NCBI GenBank assembly: GCA_035289925.1
Contig: DATDVR010000006.1
Span: 92,018-156,017 of the forward strand
Length of the DNA: 64,000 nucleotides
Source of the DNA: Candidatus Nanoarchaeia archaeon
Lineage (GTDB): Archaea > Nanobdellota > Nanobdellia > SCGC-AAA011-G17 > DATDVL01
Reading direction: 5' to 3'
Positions 50,837-60,400 of this stretch are shown here, in pieces (position 1 is the first letter of the stretch; each line of letters starts with the position of its first letter). The translations under genes were made by a program, and so were the position numbers. The notes beneath the pieces are model-generated. The model saw only the letters and a list, made by a program, of their open reading frames with translations. It was not told where the DNA came from and made no database searches.

Positions 50837-51484
50837 TTAAATAAGTTTTGCGTTTGTCTCTAATTTTATTGCCCTTGGCTTGAACATGAAAGCATAATTT
50901 GAGTCAAAATAACCACAACGCATCTTGTCTAAAGGAATTCTAGTCCTGTTTGATAACATCAAGGCATAAAAATATACCTGAGTTGAAGCATATTTTTCTT
51001 TTAAGGCATTTGGCTTGTAATCCCAAACCCAAACATTATCGTTTTCAACTCTTAGAACATCTATATGCCCCGTCAAAGGCTGGATTGTGTTGAATATATT
51101 TACAAAATCTGGTATTTCGTCATGCTGAGACCACAATGGTATTTCTATTGCAACAGTTTTGTCATCATTTTCCAACATGAAGTATTGGACTTTCAAATGA
51201 TTGCTAGAATATCTCTTGCTGTTTTCTTCCAAGCCTAGCTTTGCCAACTGTGAAACTTCATGGCCTTGAACTTCTATCATGTCAAATGGAACCTTGAACT
51301 TCAAAGCAGAGCTTCTTGGACCGCCATTGAAAAATTGGTTAGGACAACTAGTGAACATATCTTTCAAGTATCTCTGCAAAGGCGTCAAACCATTGCATAA
51401 TTTATCTGTTTTATTAAAATGGACAGTATAAGGATAGAAACCTCCGCTGTGATTGAGGTTTAAACTTTTTATGATGAGAAACAC
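50837..51484 (-). CDS. PD-(D/E)XK (Cas4-like) nuclease domain protein
   Basis: GHIDVL...WDYKP...QVYFYALML. Confidence 0.7.
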   Translation of the reverse strand: MFLIIKSLNLNHSGGFYPYTVHFNKTDKLCNGLTPLQRYLKDMFTSCPNQFFNGGPRSSALKFKVPFDMIEVQGHEVSQLAKLGLEENSKRYSSNHLKVQYFMLENDDKTVAIEIPLWSQHDEIPDFVNIFNTIQPLTGHIDVLRVENDNVWVWDYKPNALKEKYASTQVYFYALMLSNRTRIPLDKMRCGYFDSNYAFMFKPRAIKLETNAKLI

Positions 51485-51486
51485 CT

Positions 51487-51981
51487 CTATTTTTTTATTA
51501 AATATCTTTTATTATCTAAATCTGTAAACTGGTCTGCTGCTTCCTTCAATTTTGACGAGCAGCTCCTTCCGAAAGCCATGACTTCTAATCTGCAGCCCAT
51601 TGCTCTTTTTACATGCTGCAATAAATCAACATAATCTCCGTCGCCTGAAACTAAAATTACTGTGTCTAGTTTTGGAGCTAATCCAATAATGTCCATGCAG
51701 ATTCCTACATCCCAGTCACCTTTTTTAGCACCGCCATAGAAAATTTGCAAATCTTTTGCTTTGACTTCATAACCTATATGGGATAAAGCATCGAAGAAAT
51801 TCTTTTCTTCACCTACATCTGCCTTGATTACATAAGCAATCGCTCTTATAAAATTCCTATCTGCTATTGCCTGCTTCAATATTTCCTTGAAATTGACTTT
51901 AGAATTATGCAATTGTTTTGCAGAATAATACATGTTCTGAACGTCTACAAACACACCTACTCTTTGAGCCTTTGACTGCAT
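51487..51981 (-). CDS. NYN domain (LabA/DUF88) protein
   Basis: FVDVQN, KGDWDVG, SGDGDY. Confidence 0.9.
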   Translation of the reverse strand: MQSKAQRVGVFVDVQNMYYSAKQLHNSKVNFKEILKQAIADRNFIRAIAYVIKADVGEEKNFFDALSHIGYEVKAKDLQIFYGGAKKGDWDVGICMDIIGLAPKLDTVILVSGDGDYVDLLQHVKRAMGCRLEVMAFGRSCSSKLKEAADQFTDLDNKRYLIKK

Positions 51982-52059
51982 ATGCTTTAATATTTTTAGG
52001 TAGAATATAAAGGTTTTGATATAGAAAGATTTTAATATCTGTTAGTATCTTGGAATTGT

Positions 52060-52440
52060 ATGGAACTTAGAAATGCTGAAATGCCTGAAATTCTAATTGG
52101 TGGTTATTTAATTACTAGATATAGCCTTGGCGGAACCGTTGTTGCTAAAATTACAAAAAAACATATTGATGAATTTGGAACAAAAAATGGTCTTATGGGG
52201 ATACAAGGTGATTTTGGAATTGAAGACGTTATAATCCATTTGCCTGAGGAAGTTCAAGAATTTAAAACTAATCTGGATGTTTTAATTTACGAAGTTGATG
52301 GTGTATATGTTCCTGAAAGCAAAAAAAATCTCTTGCCTTCTTTATCTGAAAATCAGAATTATAAACGTAGCTTAGAAGGCTTGGAAAAACCTCATCAGGT
52401 CATGACTAAAAGTAAACTTGAACAGATAGCATCTGAATAG
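52060..52440 (+). CDS. Hypothetical protein
   Basis: 126-aa ORF with TATA upstream. Confidence 0.5.
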   Translation: MELRNAEMPEILIGGYLITRYSLGGTVVAKITKKHIDEFGTKNGLMGIQGDFGIEDVIIHLPEEVQEFKTNLDVLIYEVDGVYVPESKKNLLPSLSENQNYKRSLEGLEKPHQVMTKSKLEQIASE

Positions 52441-52482
52441 TTTTTAATAACTTTTATAAATAAGGCAATACTTTTTCTTACT

Positions 52483-53493
52483 ATGGGTGTAAAGCTTACT
52501 GGTCTGCTTCCTAAAAAAGAGCTGAGTTTTGACGATTTAAAGAACAAGAGGATAGTAGTTGATTTTTCTAATTCAATCTATCAGTTTATTAGCTCAATAA
52601 GGCAGCCTGATGGAACTCCATTGATGGACAGCCAGGGAAGAGTTACAAGCCATCTGATGGGGATATGGACAAGATTCATGAACTTGATAAGAAAAGATGT
52701 AAAATTAATCATAGTTCTTGACGGAAAAGCTCCGATATTAAAAATCAAAGAGCAGGAAGAAAGGGCTTTTAGAAAAGAAATTGCAAAAGAGAAATTCCAG
52801 CAAGCAAAAGATGAGGAAGACATTGAAGGCATGGCGAAATATGCAAAGCAAAACCTTAGAGTTTCAAAGGAAATGATAAATGAAAGCAGAGAACTTATGG
52901 AAGCAATGGGACTGCCAGTAATACAAGCGCCTTCTGAAGCTGATGCACAGATGTCTTTCATTGTTGAAAGAGGAGATGCATGGGCTGCTGCGACAACAGA
53001 CGTTGATCCATTATTGCATGGGTGCCCTAGATTGGTTACTAACTTGACATTAAGCCAGAAAAGAAGATTACCATCAGGAAAAGTTGTGAATATAACGCCA
53101 GAACTTATTGAATTGAAAGAGGTTTTGTCAAATTTAGGCTTGAATCAAGACCAATTGATTGCATTAAGTATATTAGTTGGCACAGATTACAATGAGGGCA
53201 TAGAGAGAGTTGGACCAAAAACAGCATTAAAATTAGTGAAGCAGCATCATGATTTTGAAACATTGTTCAAGGAAGTGAAAGCTGACTTCAACTGGAAGCA
53301 GATATATGCTGTGTTCAAGTCAATGCCGATAATGAAAAACTATCAATTGAAATGGAATGAATTGGATGTTGATAAAGTAAAAAAGATACTTGTAGACAGA
53401 CATGATTTTTCAGAAGAAAGAGTTGATTCAAACTTGAGAAAAACTGAAAAGAAAATAGACAAGGCTCAAAAAGGACTAGGAGATTTTTTCTAA
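52483..53493 (+). CDS. fen: Flap endonuclease 1
   Basis: MGV start, QPDGTPLMDSQGRVTSHL, APSEADAQ, GTDYN. Confidence 0.96.
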   Translation: MGVKLTGLLPKKELSFDDLKNKRIVVDFSNSIYQFISSIRQPDGTPLMDSQGRVTSHLMGIWTRFMNLIRKDVKLIIVLDGKAPILKIKEQEERAFRKEIAKEKFQQAKDEEDIEGMAKYAKQNLRVSKEMINESRELMEAMGLPVIQAPSEADAQMSFIVERGDAWAAATTDVDPLLHGCPRLVTNLTLSQKRRLPSGKVVNITPELIELKEVLSNLGLNQDQLIALSILVGTDYNEGIERVGPKTALKLVKQHHDFETLFKEVKADFNWKQIYAVFKSMPIMKNYQLKWNELDVDKVKKILVDRHDFSEERVDSNLRKTEKKIDKAQKGLGDFF

Positions 53494-53494
53494 A

Positions 53495-54385
53495 ATGGAA
53501 TGGTTTTTTTACGCTTTGATATCTGCTATAGCATTTGGATGCTATTATCTTCTGCTTAAAAAAAATCTAGCAAGGGAACATGCATTTGTGTATCTTGCTT
53601 TCTATTCTTTTGTAATTGCAATGATATCTTTAGTTTTTTACAAGCAAGTAGTTTTACCAACTTCTTTATTGCAGGCGTTTCTGCTGTTGCTTGATGGATT
53701 TTTCCTTGCATGCTTTTTTTTATTTATGACTTATGCTTACAAAAATCTTGAAGGAAGTGAAGTATCTCCTTTAGGAAACCTGAGCCTGCTACTTACAATA
53801 CTCTTAAGCGTATTAATTCTAGGAGAAACACTAACTTTTTTGGACATTTTAGGGATATTTTTCATGATTGCTGGTGTTTATCTGCTTGAAATTGGGGTCA
53901 AAATAAAGAATTTTGGTATTGTGTTAAAGGATAAACATAGAAAATACCTTATTTATATAATAATTGGATTGATATTTTCTTCATTGACTTCAATAATAGA
54001 AAAAATTGTCTTAAGTCCAGAAGTCTTGGGACTTCCCATCCCATCTACAGATCCTGTAAGCTTTCATGTAATAACAAGATTTGTGATATTCTTCTTTTTT
54101 ATTCCTGTTGCAGCACTTAGGCCTAACTTTGTTCAAGGGATTAAGCATGGCTATAAAAATGTAGGATTTGGCGTTTTGATTGCCGCTGCTATATATACAA
54201 TTGCAAACATATTATATTTTAAAGCAATGGATCTTGGAAAAGTATCTCATGTTATACCTGTTGCCGCACTTTCAAGCTTATTTGTAACTATAGTTGGCGG
54301 GACATTGTTCCATGAGCATAGATTGAAGCAAAAAATTATTGCATGCCTAGTAATAATATTCGGAGTCTGGCTCATAGTGATGTGA
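53495..54385 (+). CDS. EamA/DMT family transporter
   Basis: About ten TM helices in two repeats. Confidence 0.82.
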   Translation: MEWFFYALISAIAFGCYYLLLKKNLAREHAFVYLAFYSFVIAMISLVFYKQVVLPTSLLQAFLLLLDGFFLACFFLFMTYAYKNLEGSEVSPLGNLSLLLTILLSVLILGETLTFLDILGIFFMIAGVYLLEIGVKIKNFGIVLKDKHRKYLIYIIIGLIFSSLTSIIEKIVLSPEVLGLPIPSTDPVSFHVITRFVIFFFFIPVAALRPNFVQGIKHGYKNVGFGVLIAAAIYTIANILYFKAMDLGKVSHVIPVAALSSLFVTIVGGTLFHEHRLKQKIIACLVIIFGVWLIVM

Positions 54386-54386
54386 A

Positions 54387-54983
54387 ATGATAAAAAGAAT
54401 AGTATTTGATAATGGAGGAGTAATGGTAAAAGTGTCTTCAAAGTATTTTCTGCCATATTATGCCAGAATGCTTAAAATACCATTAAAAAAATTAGAGCAT
54501 GTCTATTGGCAACTGTCAACTGAACTGGATGTTGGAAAAGAGAGCGAGAAAGAATTTTATAGAAAACTATTGAAACATGTTAACAGAAAGTATGACTATA
54601 AGAAACTATTGAAAGTTAGATATTCTTTGATAAAATTTCTGCCAGGCACTTTGGACATTGTGAAAAAACTTAAAAAGAAGTACAAGTTGGCTATGCTCAA
54701 CAATGAGTACAAGGAATGTATGAATCATCTCAAGAAAAAATACAATTATTTCAGTTATTTTCAACCAAGAATTACTTCTTCAGAAGTTGGAGTAAGAAAA
54801 CCTGAAGCTAAGATATATAAGATAATGCTAAAAAAACTCAGGATAAAACCTAGCGAATGCCTTTTTCTTGACGACTTGCAGCTGAATGTCAATGCTGCTA
54901 AAAAAATTGGAATAAAAACTATTCACTTTAAGAATGCAAAACAGCTTAGAAAAGAACTTAATAAATTTGGGATAGAAGTATGA
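54387..54983 (+). CDS. HAD family phosphatase
   Basis: FDNGGV, RKPEAKIY, FLDD. Confidence 0.88.
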   Translation: MIKRIVFDNGGVMVKVSSKYFLPYYARMLKIPLKKLEHVYWQLSTELDVGKESEKEFYRKLLKHVNRKYDYKKLLKVRYSLIKFLPGTLDIVKKLKKKYKLAMLNNEYKECMNHLKKKYNYFSYFQPRITSSEVGVRKPEAKIYKIMLKKLRIKPSECLFLDDLQLNVNAAKKIGIKTIHFKNAKQLRKELNKFGIEV

Positions 54984-55213
54984 AAGTTAAAGTGTACACC
55001 ATGAAGGACTGCATGGCATGCAAAGAAACTGTATCTTGGTTGAAGAAAAACAAAATTAAATTTGATGAAATAGATGTTACTTTTGACAATGAAGCACAGG
55101 ATTATTTAAAAAGCAAAGTGGGGCATAGCTTTGTACCTATAATTGAAGTTGATGGAACCATTTTAGATCCAACTAAAGCTTGGTTTGAAAAACTAAAGGA
55201 AATATTTAAATGA
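54980..55213 (+). CDS. Glutaredoxin-like protein
   Basis: CMAC motif, FVP, 77 aa. Confidence 0.82.
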   Translation: MKVKVYTMKDCMACKETVSWLKKNKIKFDEIDVTFDNEAQDYLKSKVGHSFVPIIEVDGTILDPTKAWFEKLKEIFK

Positions 55214-56019
55214 CAAATATCAAAGAAGCATTGGCTGAGAAATTAACTAAGAAAGAAATAAACCTATTGCCTACTTCTTTTGATGCTATTGGAAGCATAG
55301 CTATTTTTAATGATTTTTCTAAGAAATTAAGAAGAAAAGAGAAGATGATTGCTGAAACATTGATGAAGTTGAACAAGAATATCAAGACTGTTGCTAAAAA
55401 AACTAAAAAATATTCTGGGAAGTTCAGATTAGCCAAGATAAAAGTGATTGCTGGAAGGAAAACCAAGGAAACTTTGCATAAAGAAAATGGAGTTATGCTA
55501 AGATTAGATGTTGAGCAATGTTATTTTTCTCCTAGGACTGCAAATGAAAGGTTGAGAATTGCTAAACTAGTCAAAAATGACGAAAGCATACTTGTTTTTT
55601 TCTCTGGAGTTGCGCCTTTTCCTTGCGTCATTGCTAAAAATTCAAAAGCAAAGGATATCTATGGAATTGAATTGAACAAAAAAGCCAACGAATATGGTCT
55701 TGAGAATGTTAAATTGAATAAATTAAAAAATGTTAAACTGTTTAATGGCGATGTTAAAAAATTAGTGCCCAGGATAATTGGAAAATTTGATAGGATTCTA
55801 CTTCCTTTACCTAAAGATGCTGAAAAATATCTAAAATTAGCCATCACTAAAATTAAAAAAAATGGAGTTATACATCTTTACAGATTTGCAAGCGAGAATG
55901 ATTTTAAAAAAATAACTAAAAAATATAAAACTAAATTTAAAAGTGTTAAATTAATCAAATGCGGGCAATTTGCACCAGGGATATATAGAATTTGCTTGGA
56001 TTTAATTAAATTTAAATAA
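55210..56019 (+). CDS. Trm5/Taw2 (Met-10+) tRNA methyltransferase family
   Basis: YFSPRTANER, FSGVAPF, FDRILLPLP. Confidence 0.85.
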   Translation: MTNIKEALAEKLTKKEINLLPTSFDAIGSIAIFNDFSKKLRRKEKMIAETLMKLNKNIKTVAKKTKKYSGKFRLAKIKVIAGRKTKETLHKENGVMLRLDVEQCYFSPRTANERLRIAKLVKNDESILVFFSGVAPFPCVIAKNSKAKDIYGIELNKKANEYGLENVKLNKLKNVKLFNGDVKKLVPRIIGKFDRILLPLPKDAEKYLKLAITKIKKNGVIHLYRFASENDFKKITKKYKTKFKSVKLIKCGQFAPGIYRICLDLIKFK

Positions 56020-56068
56020 TACTTACTCTATAGTAACTACAAAATCACAAGCTTTATATACTAGTAAA

Positions 56069-56851
56069 ATGCTTATTTTTACCATGACAGCTGATACTTT
56101 AGTAAATAAAGAATTAAAGTTATTCTACAGTAACAGATTAGCTGATGCTCTAGAAAACTGCCAAGAAGCAGGCTATAAACCATTATCAATGCCAGAAATA
56201 GCAGATGCAAGAATTCAAGCTAAAAAAGAAGATCAATTATGGAGAAACTGGCTAAGCTCAACAAGCATCAGAGCAACAGGAAAGACAAAGCAAGGAAATG
56301 CAGTTGTAGTTTATGCACATGTTCCAAATCATTTTTCAGAACCTAAAAACATCAGAACAGCAATAGAACAAGGATTGATAAATGGCGCTGGAAGATTACC
56401 ACAGGAAGAATTTCAAAGACTTTTAGAATTAAAAGATGATAAAAAGGTATTTGTAATAGATTATAATAAATTAAAGAGTTCAACTTCAGATGTAATTCAA
56501 GTTTCTAAAGCTTTAAAACATCCTCAAACAGTTCCATTTTTAGGTGGACAAGAAAGAGCAGAAAAATATCTAGAAAAACATTCTCGAGTTTATGGTAAAA
56601 ATATTGGAGTCTGGCATTCAGATGATTTAAGAGATGAACCATTAGCTCGCCTTTTGTTTGTTGGCAACTACGTCGACAGCGGTCTTAATGGCTTCAACTT
56701 CCTTGACCTCTATGGTAGATTCGCTGGGGTACGTGCAGTCGGCGCGCAAAAATCTCCAAAGGAAATAAAGACACCAACTTTAGAAGACATTTTAAATTTA
56801 ACAGCAAAACTTTCTCCTGAAGATAGAGAAGAGCTTAAAAAAAGATTATAA
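56069..56851 (+). CDS. DGR target gene copy 3 (remote)
   Basis: Paralog of 44659..45459; contains VR3. Confidence 0.92.
   Translation: MLIFTMTADTLVNKELKLFYSNRLADALENCQEAGYKPLSMPEIADARIQAKKEDQLWRNWLSSTSIRATGKTKQGNAVVVYAHVPNHFSEPKNIRTAIEQGLINGAGRLPQEEFQRLLELKDDKKVFVIDYNKLKSSTSDVIQVSKALKHPQTVPFLGGQERAEKYLEKHSRVYGKNIGVWHSDDLRDEPLARLLFVGNYVDSGLNGFNFLDLYGRFAGVRAVGAQKSPKEIKTPTLEDILNLTAKLSPEDREELKKRL
56648..56731 (+). repeat. DGR variable repeat VR3
   Basis: 14 mismatches to TR, 13 at adenines and one G-to-T. Confidence 0.93.
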
Positions 56852-56854
56852 TTT

Positions 56855-59506
56855 TTAGATAATCAACTGCCTTCTTTCTTTTATAGCTGATGGCGAATCT
56901 CCACCATGCCAACTTCTTTTTGGCTTTATCTGAATAGGATAAATTCTTTCAGAATTGTCATCCAATAAGATTGCCGAGCCTTTAACTTTTGGTAAATCAT
57001 TCATGAAACCTTGAATGTCTGATAATAAATAAGTCTGCATCATCTGATTCAATGCTTCCAAGTCTATTTTTGAAGTCAAGCGATGACTAATTATTACATC
57101 GGATTGAGTTATAACATCTTTATGAATCTCTCCAGGCTGCTGGGTTGCTGCTATTAATGAAATCCCAGGTTGACGCCCTTCCCTTAAAATTTGGATTAAA
57201 GCATCTGTTGCTGGAGTTGAACCTGTTCTTGGTAAAAATTCATGACAATTGTGTACAATAAAACCATTCGCTACAAAATTGTGTAAATCTTCTACCTCTA
57301 AATCGTAAACTTCTTCTTTTTCTAGAATTTCTATATTTTTAATTTTTTCAAATATAATTTCAGTTTGATACCTCTTTTTTATCCATTTATCAAAATGATC
57401 AAAAGAATTTGATGCTCTTATTTTTCTATCGTGCCTTGTCCATTCTTTTACATAGTAAAGAGGGATACTAAGTTGTTTTGATATCTGATTAAGTTTAAAT
57501 CCTTTCTTATGGAGTCTAGTTATATTTTCTTTTATTTTTAATCGTTCACGTACTTTTTCTTCTTTTGCTTTAAGATAGGCCAACCATTTATAACCTGCCA
57601 TCTCCTTTTCTTTGCAATAACGGTAACCTATTTTTTCTAGGAACAATAAAGTGTTTTTTATACTCTTCGCTAGAGTTAAGACTATCTTTATTGTCTTATC
57701 TCCATTCTTTCTTATATTGCCTGGTCTTTTAGCAATACTACTCACTTTTATACCTAAACTTTCGAATAAATACTTTAACTGATTAGCAAATTTGAATGCC
57801 TTTTTTTCTAGTTTTTCTAGTTTATTAAAGCTTAATCTTATTGGATTGAAATCTGATTTTGCTGTTGAAGACTGTGAAATATTTTTACCATCACTTCCCA
57901 TATACGCCCCTAAAAATTCTATCTTTTCTTTGTTTGTTGCTTTTAATAACCACTTTGGTATTAGATATTTTTGTGTTGCTTTGTCACCTATAGGGGTTCC
58001 TAACTTTTTGAAATATCTAAATGCTTTTGTAGAAGCGCCTATTGATTTGCTGACTCCATTTACAAAGTGTTCTATTCCTTTGTCATCTGTTATTTTTGAC
58101 TTTGTCCTTCTTGTCGTTATTTTACTAGATTTGAATCCCATTATTTTTAAATCCTCTTTTATTTTTTGCAAATCTAAATCTGACTTTTTGCCACTGAATC
58201 CTAAAGATTTGGTTTTTTCACTTGTCCAACCATCTCCAAATAAATGCCCCACAATTCTTGCTTGCGTTAATTTATAATTTTTTGAGTAATGTTGTATTGC
58301 TATTGAGCCTATTTCTGGCACGCTTACTGCTGAGGCAAACCCATATCTTGTTAATACTCTATGCTCTGGAGTGCATATTAATTCTCTTCCTGTTTCTGTC
58401 CTTATTTTTATTAAATCTCTTTTTTCTTTTTTAAAGACTCGTTTTACCTTTTTATGTAAAAATTCTTTTTTATTAGTGTCAAATGATAAAACTTCAAAAT
58501 TTTCTCCCTTTTTTGATCTATTAACTATGTCTCCTATTCTTGTATGAGCTTTATCAGTTATTATTTCACATTTGTAAGGTAGGCATTCATCTACCATTAG
58601 CCAGACTAGTGGCTGCTCTAATTTATCTTCACCTTCAAAATACTTGTCATAAGTTCCTATTGATTCAACTTCCTCACTTTTTCTTGAACTTATCCTTTGA
58701 TTAAGAAGTTTTTTAGAAATCAAACCTATAATCAAGCTTTTTATGCTCCAGTTTCCTGAAACGTTTGTATAAGGACTTAGATCTAGAACTGTTACTTCGC
58801 CAGCTTTAACTAAATCCTCAATCTTAGTGCCGTATTTTTTAAATAAGCCCCAGTTTGAAGCCACAGAAAAAAAACTTTCAACCAAGTCTTTTGTCTTATG
58901 CTCTGCCTTGCTGTTAGATTTTACCAAAGTTACTATGTCGTCAATTCCATAATCTGATGATTCTTCTGCCAATTCTGTTATCACTTGGTCAATCAATATT
59001 CCTGGCGAGTCTGTCAATGAAATGTCAAATACTGAGCACCAATCTGAAGTTGTCAATTCTGCTGTTTTTATTGAAAGCTCGTTGTCTACTGGTATTCCCC
59101 TATTTTTGTAATCATTGAAAGAACCGTAAGGAACAAACAAGTTAATATTCAATCCTTCAGGCTTTATATTCCATTGTTGTAATAATTTTTCCTGCTTCAA
59201 GTTAGGATATTTCATTGTCCAGAATATCCCCATCGTGTCAAACATCAGAACTGCAAGATTTTTTGAAACTTCTTCAGGAAGCTTAACCATCTCTTCTGCT
59301 ATTGCGGATAATGAAAAACTTTTGCCACTTCCGCGCTTACCTGAGACTAAAACTATATGAGAACTTGCTACATCTAAAAGAATGTTGTTGCTTAACGAAG
59401 TCGTAGGGCCCATCTTTACATAGTTCTTGCCTATGAAGATAGTGCCTCGTTCACCAAGCCTTTTTTTATCACTCTCGTTTCTTCCCACTATTACATTGTA
59501 AGGCAT
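56855..59506 (-). CDS. HerA/DUF87-like P-loop ATPase with intein
   Basis: GKRGSGKS; DE|intein|CHEFLP; LREGRQPGISLIAATQQP; start taken as MPYNV. Confidence 0.85.
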   Translation of the reverse strand: MPYNVIVGRNESDKKRLGERGTIFIGKNYVKMGPTTSLSNNILLDVASSHIVLVSGKRGSGKSFSLSAIAEEMVKLPEEVSKNLAVLMFDTMGIFWTMKYPNLKQEKLLQQWNIKPEGLNINLFVPYGSFNDYKNRGIPVDNELSIKTAELTTSDWCSVFDISLTDSPGILIDQVITELAEESSDYGIDDIVTLVKSNSKAEHKTKDLVESFFSVASNWGLFKKYGTKIEDLVKAGEVTVLDLSPYTNVSGNWSIKSLIIGLISKKLLNQRISSRKSEEVESIGTYDKYFEGEDKLEQPLVWLMVDECLPYKCEIITDKAHTRIGDIVNRSKKGENFEVLSFDTNKKEFLHKKVKRVFKKEKRDLIKIRTETGRELICTPEHRVLTRYGFASAVSVPEIGSIAIQHYSKNYKLTQARIVGHLFGDGWTSEKTKSLGFSGKKSDLDLQKIKEDLKIMGFKSSKITTRRTKSKITDDKGIEHFVNGVSKSIGASTKAFRYFKKLGTPIGDKATQKYLIPKWLLKATNKEKIEFLGAYMGSDGKNISQSSTAKSDFNPIRLSFNKLEKLEKKAFKFANQLKYLFESLGIKVSSIAKRPGNIRKNGDKTIKIVLTLAKSIKNTLLFLEKIGYRYCKEKEMAGYKWLAYLKAKEEKVRERLKIKENITRLHKKGFKLNQISKQLSIPLYYVKEWTRHDRKIRASNSFDHFDKWIKKRYQTEIIFEKIKNIEILEKEEVYDLEVEDLHNFVANGFIVHNCHEFLPRTGSTPATDALIQILREGRQPGISLIAATQQPGEIHKDVITQSDVIISHRLTSKIDLEALNQMMQTYLLSDIQGFMNDLPKVKGSAILLDDNSERIYPIQIKPKRSWHGGDSPSAIKERRQLII
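57248..58585 (-). mobile_element. 446-aa intein with LAGLIDADG endonuclease in the Walker B motif
   Basis: CLPYKC start, CTPEH, HLFGDG, YMGSDG, NGFIVHN|C. Confidence 0.9.
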
Positions 59507-59548
59507 TAATTTCACAACCTTTTTAAAGTATAAATAGTTTGCCCTATT

Positions 59549-60400
59549 ATGATAAATCAAATTAAGACTGTCTTGCTTTTAGGGATATTAACTGCAATAA
59601 TGCTATTTATTGGCAGCTTATTTGGAACTACAGGACTGACTATAGCCTTAATACTTGTTTTAGGCATGAATTTGATAAGCTATTTTTTCTCACATAAAAT
59701 AGTGCTTGCTATTTATAGGGCCAAGGAAGCTAGTAAAAAGGATTATCCTAAATTACACGCAATTGTTGAAAATGTAGCTAGAAAAGCAGGAATTCCTAAG
59801 CCTAAGGTTTACATAATACCTAGTGACAATCTGAATGCCTTTGCTTCTGGAAGGAATCCTAAAAATGCAGTTGTTGCTTGCACAGAAGGAATATTGAGGG
59901 TTTTAAATGAAAAAGAGCTTGAAGGAGTTTTAGCTCATGAAGTTTCTCATGTAAAGAATAGAGATATTTTAATAGGGACAATTGCAGCTACAATTGCTGG
60001 AGTTATAACCTATGTAGCGCATATGGCAAGATTTGCTGCTATATTTGGCGGAGGGAGAGATAGAGAAGGAAATTCAAACATAATAGGTCTGTTACTTATT
60101 TCAATAATTGCGCCTATAGCTGCAATGATAATACAATTAGCAATCTCAAGAGCAAGAGAATATCATGCTGATGAAAGCGGAGCTAAATTATTGAAAGATG
60201 GAGAAGGATTAGCTTCTGCTTTGTTAAAGCTAGAAAAACATAATAAAATGCACCCAATGAGATTCGGCTCTCCATCGTTTTCTCATTTATTTATTAGTAA
60301 TCCATTATCTGGCGGAGGGCTAGTTAATTTGTTTCTAACCCACCCCCCAATTCACCTTCGTGTAAAGAAACTAAGAGAATTGAGCAAGAGCTTTGGATAA
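59549..60400 (+). CDS. htpX: HtpX zinc metalloprotease
   Basis: NAFASG, AHEVSH, SRAREYHAD, THPP. Confidence 0.93.
   Translation: MINQIKTVLLLGILTAIMLFIGSLFGTTGLTIALILVLGMNLISYFFSHKIVLAIYRAKEASKKDYPKLHAIVENVARKAGIPKPKVYIIPSDNLNAFASGRNPKNAVVACTEGILRVLNEKELEGVLAHEVSHVKNRDILIGTIAATIAGVITYVAHMARFAAIFGGGRDREGNSNIIGLLLISIIAPIAAMIIQLAISRAREYHADESGAKLLKDGEGLASALLKLEKHNKMHPMRFGSPSFSHLFISNPLSGGGLVNLFLTHPPIHLRVKKLRELSKSFG

Noticed and set aside
50837-51484. Cas4-like gene as evidence of CRISPR-Cas or a casposon
   Set aside because: No cas1, array or TIRs; the neighbouring PolB looks cellular.
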